Positions 59,609-64,000 of a DNA stretch of 64,000 bases are shown one piece after another; position 1 is the first letter of the stretch, and the number at the start of each line of letters is the position of its first letter. The notes under the pieces were generated by a model. It did no database searches and had not been told where the DNA came from. It worked only from the letters and a program-made list of their open reading frames with translations. Source of the DNA: Eledone cirrhosa. Lineage: Eukaryota. The stretch covers positions 309,814,001 to 309,878,000 of the forward strand of contig OZ024740.1 in NCBI GenBank assembly GCA_964016885.1, read 5' to 3'. A program made the position numbers and the translations under genes.

Positions 59609-60599
59609 TGTATAAGAATTAATAATATGAATTAAAGAACTACAGAATATCGAAACCTTATTCATATATCAGTTAATAAAAGCTAATGTGTATTTTATAT
59701 CTTTACTGCCATGAATATATATGAATTATATTTTTTCCAGTAACAAATACAATGTAGACACTATAATGAAGTGAGAACATTCATGTAAACAAATAAATAG
59801 TAGAACCATTATCTAAAACACATTTTATGGAAATCAGAATTAATTGCGCTTTTGAAATTATTATTTTTACCGATTTTCTATCTAACAAATTTAAATAATT
59901 TATTTTGTTCTACTAAATATCATATGCCTAGATTTAAATCTCGGAAAACATAGATTGCTATAGCAACACTATAACCGATATTATAAAAATATTTTTAAAT
60001 ATTATATATGTCAGCCGACAAAATAATCCTGAGATTATGAATACGGCTCTAATAAGAGATTAAATTCGGTCAACACTGTTAATCCCAAAGAAAATAGATC
60101 ACGTCCTATTGCTAAATATCAGAACAATTCGAAACTACGAAGTTGCCGTGAAACAAAGATTTGCACGAAATTCTACGCATATTATACAGCTGTATATATC
60201 CACTGCATACGTTACTCAAAATCGGGAGAGTCCTAGAGAACGAAATTGAACGTTTCCAACAATGTTATATACACACGTAGAGCTCCAACATAAAACATAC
60301 AGAGATATAAGCTTCAGAGATAAATGAACAGATAAAGAATATACACATACAAGAATAGAACTTACAATACAAGAAATTATCATAGTAGAACGCTTTCTCT
60401 GATCAAACTGCGTCTTCTTTACGTGAGTTAACTTTTTTCTTTCGTATTCCTGTTGTGTTAGCTTTGCTTACACACACAGGCACAAATATATATATATATA
60501 TATATATATTTAGGAGTTAAACAAGGTTCAATGGATACACCAAAGAATGAGTTTTACAATAGATTGGAAGAACTCAATAGAAAAGGTTTTCCAGAGTTA

Positions 60600-60872
60600 T
60601 TAATATTAATTCAAAATATTAACAAAATAGATATTCTTGCGATCAATTATATTTTATTATACATATTTCAGAGGTACTGATTTAAGTTCAGCAGTTAATA
60701 TTCAGTCATGACTGAATCTTAACCATCTACTATGTCAGGGTATGTCATGTATCATTTTATTTTATCTGATGAGGACGTAGTGTTGAACTTAACTCAGTAC
60801 CTCTGAAATATGTATAATAAAATATTATTGATCACAAGAATATCTATTTTGTTAATATTTTGAATTAATATT
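60600..60872. mobile_element. Family 3-like inverted mini-insertion with an intact hammerhead motif at 60758-60824
   Basis: TATTTTAT-CTGATGA-ggac...tacctct-GAAA-tatgta-TA-ATAAAATA; 60600-60693 is the reverse complement of 60781-60872. Confidence 0.78.
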
Positions 60873-60935
60873 ATATATATATATATGTGTGTGTATGTAA
60901 TAAATAAATTAGATAAATAAATTAATATATATGTA

Positions 60936-61013
<78 letters not shown>

Positions 61014-61014
61014 T

Positions 61015-61107
<93 letters not shown>

Positions 61108-61114
61108 TATATAC

Positions 61115-61171
<57 letters not shown>

Positions 61172-61401
61172 TATATACATATATATATAAATATATATAT
61201 GTATATATATAAAATGAGATTAATATCCCCACAGGTACTAAGTACCTACGGAAATATATAGGGTGTCTATAATACATTTGTTGTTCAATAGTGCTAACTT
61301 GAGATACCAGAACTATAAAATTGAGATGAGCGGAACAAGCAAATATTAAACAATCTTTCAAATAAATTAAAATGGGATTTAAATATTCACCTGTCCAAAA
61401 T

Positions 61402-61480
61402 GCTATTACCGACGGTTTCGCTTCACAAAAGATTGGAAATTCAGAGAATTTCCAACGGAAAGATCAGCTCTTCAGATAGC
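61402..61480 (-). ncRNA. Type I hammerhead motif with extended stem II (family 9)
   Basis: GCTAT-CTGAAGA-GCTgatctttccgTTGGAAATTCtctGAATTTCCAAtcttttgtgaAGC-GAAA-CCGtCGG-TA-ATAGC. Confidence 0.8.
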
Positions 61481-61695
61481 TATTTTCATTCTATAGGACG
61501 TAAGGTCTCACAGTTTGTAAATATCCCGCTTACTGCCCGAAGTATGAGGTCAGGCCGTTAAAGTGACCCACACATAAACATGCCGTTAGTAAAAGCGGGA
61601 ATATTATAGACTTGTTGTTAGCCACGCCACTAAAAATAGCAGCAAAAATATAATGTATAGTCTTCACAATTATTATTACTATATATATATCCATT

Positions 61696-62510
61696 CCTTG
61701 GATTTCTCTAAATTCTGTTGGATAAATCTATATCCTGATTCCTTTTGAATTGAGTCTGAATTATTTTTCCCATATCTTATGTTAACTATTTTCCCATTTT
61801 AACGCTATAGTCGCATATATGTTATGGAATACTGTTAACTTCTCGCTACAACAATTTCTATACTTTTCATTTATATATATATACTCGGATTTATTTCTTA
61901 GAGTGCTTAAATTATTTGTGACTAAAACCGGTATTTTTTTTTTTTGGAAAAAAACCGCGATGATATTGCTTTTTGCTGAACTCGTTTTGTAGAGTTTTCT
62001 TTCGGAATGTTTTTTACTGTTGTTTCATGTAAACAAACATTTGTCTCATTCTGACGTCACCAGCCCTGTTTTTACACATGTGCGTTTATTTTAATAAGCA
62101 CGCATGATGTTAAACTAGCCTGATTTTTAAATTCCCTTTTTGGCATATTACCAGTGAAACCTTGGTTACCAAGTTGAGCTCTGCTGAGGAACGAAATCCA
62201 ACCGTGACCATCTCCACTGAAAGTTTTCGTGAAATAGTCTTTTCAAGACTATACCGAGCATTTGAAGTTGTCCCAAATTGAAGGTTGAGTACTTTAGACT
62301 TTGTTTTATCATGAGTTAAAGCTCTATTGATTTTTCCCTGGATTTCTCTAAATTCTATTGGATAAATCTATATCCTGATTCCTTTTGAATTGAGTCTGAA
62401 TTATTTTTCCCATATCTTATGTTAACTATTTCCCATTTTGACGCTATAGTCGCATATATGTTATGGAATACTGTTAGCTTCTCGCTACAACAATTTCTAT
62501 ACTTTTCATT

Positions 62511-62520
<10 letters not shown>
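61696..62520. repeat. ~185-bp direct repeat pair ending in TA runs
   Basis: ~61696-61882 recurs at ~62337-62520. Confidence 0.75.
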
Positions 62521-62543
<23 letters not shown>

Positions 62544-63494
62544 GATAACAATATATTTTTAAAGATAATCCGATAAGAGGTTGTGAAAACTACTTATCAT
62601 GGATAGCTTAAGCGTACGGCGTCGTGTGGCATAACAAGAGGTTTACGTGGATGACGAGTTTATGACTTCACTTGTAAGTGTATCTTGGAGTAATAAAATT
62701 GAAAAAGTGAAGAATAACATGGTCAACAGTACAAACAAGGACATTTATTTACAGTCTAACAATTGTTTTTATGATAGAGTTGTCTATAAATTGCTAAACA
62801 CTGAAGGCAGTGGCACTCAATTTAAAATACATGCGGCAGAGAGATGTCACAGCGTATTTAGTGTAGTGAATCAGTGGTATCTGAGGGACGAGCTGCCAGA
62901 AAGTGCAGCCCGAAAACCACTCAAAGAAGTGTGCTCAACCAAACCGAGAGAGAGGAAATACTGTTATAAGGAGCGAAATATCAAGATAAATTAACGGAGC
63001 CATAGACTCTCGTTATTCCCTGTCAATAATGTGCTCAAAGAAAAAGGAATCCTGAGCTCTTTAAAATACAATATGTTGAAAAGTAAACACACTAGAGAGA
63101 GAGAGAGTGCGCCATCAATAAAACAGGGAAAACCACCAGTGTATGTAGTCTATAATCTATGGAAGGCAGGGTAGACACAAAATAATAAAAAATATAAATT
63201 AAAATGTATGAACGTACCTCTATAACTATATAACACAGGCGTACAAATCCAAAGAGATCTGTTTCGCCAGGAAGTTGTTGACTGAAATGGAATAGCCTAT
63301 GGTTCGTCAGCGCGTGCAAGACTATACATTCCAGATAACTCTAAGAGAATCTAAAGCGACTGTCCAGCTACACGTGGGAGACTGAAGTCACAGCGTGTTT
63401 AGGGCAGTGAACCAGTGGTATCTGAGGGACGAGCTGCGAGAAAGGGCAGCCCCAAAACCAATCAAAGTTCTTTTTTATATTTGCCTTTAAAATA

Positions 63495-63900
63495 GGGGGA
63501 GGGGGCTAAGGTTGTTTTTTCATATATGAGTGAAGTTTGGTTGGTTGATACAGTCACGTGAATAAGCACATCAGCTTTCGCACTAGTTTGTGTTTGAATT
63601 TCTTTTTACCTAAAAACAAGTGACTCACGAAGGCTTTTTTTATAAATGTAATTTGATTGGTTATAAATGAAATTATGACTGTCATGCGAACAAGTACATT
63701 AAATTTCGCGCCCTTATTTTTTGAATTTTCTTTTAGCCATTTAGAGAATTTTGTGCCAAACAAAAGATAATGGTCAAGAAAAACTTGATGGGGAGAATTG
63801 TTCTGGTTCAGTGAGTAAGGCAGGTGTGCTGGGGTGTCAAAATTCACACTTTCTATTGAAATAAAGAAAGTAGAGATATGTATGTTTATTTGTGTGTATG
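63495..63900 (-). mobile_element. Fragment of the PLE E-family 3' UTR
   Basis: Reverse complement of blocks in 49250-49600 (ataaccaatcaaattac, aataagggcgcgaaa, gacaccccagc, aataaacatacatatct). Confidence 0.75.
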
Positions 63901-64000
63901 TACACATACATCGGGTAGGCTTTGTTTGTATATTTATGTGCGTGTACATATACATATGTGTAGATATATATACATGTCTGTATGTATGTGTGTATGTGTG

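Noticed and set aside
62180-62215. CTGAGGAacGAAA hammerhead-like core
   Set aside because: No room for stem II and no pairing stems.

Overview
AT-rich animal genomic DNA with no recognisable intact host gene. The tRNA-derived SINE and the (TA)n/(CA)n load suggest an octopus or other coleoid cephalopod (inference). The window is mostly mobile-element sequence: (i) a near full-length, disrupted Tx1/L1-clade LINE (22.75-28.58 kb) inside a ~30-bp minisatellite, plus a 3' fragment of a relative; (ii) five coding Penelope-like element (PLE) types with RT and/or GIY-YIG remnants, three of them Naiad-like; (iii) about 10 SINE copies; (iv) hAT and mariner-like DNA transposon relics. The most striking pattern is a dense set of type I hammerhead ribozyme motifs (more than 20 intact or degenerate copies in about 10 sequence families) in PLE-type termini, nearly all inserted in (TA)n. 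These insertions repeatedly form head-to-head inverted pairs in which only one arm keeps the terminal ~45-120 nt tail. In several of the smallest ones the inversion junction falls at or inside the hammerhead. A non-coding ~400-nt hammerhead-bearing tandem monomer resembles a retrozyme. All folds and family calls were made by eye; no searches were run.
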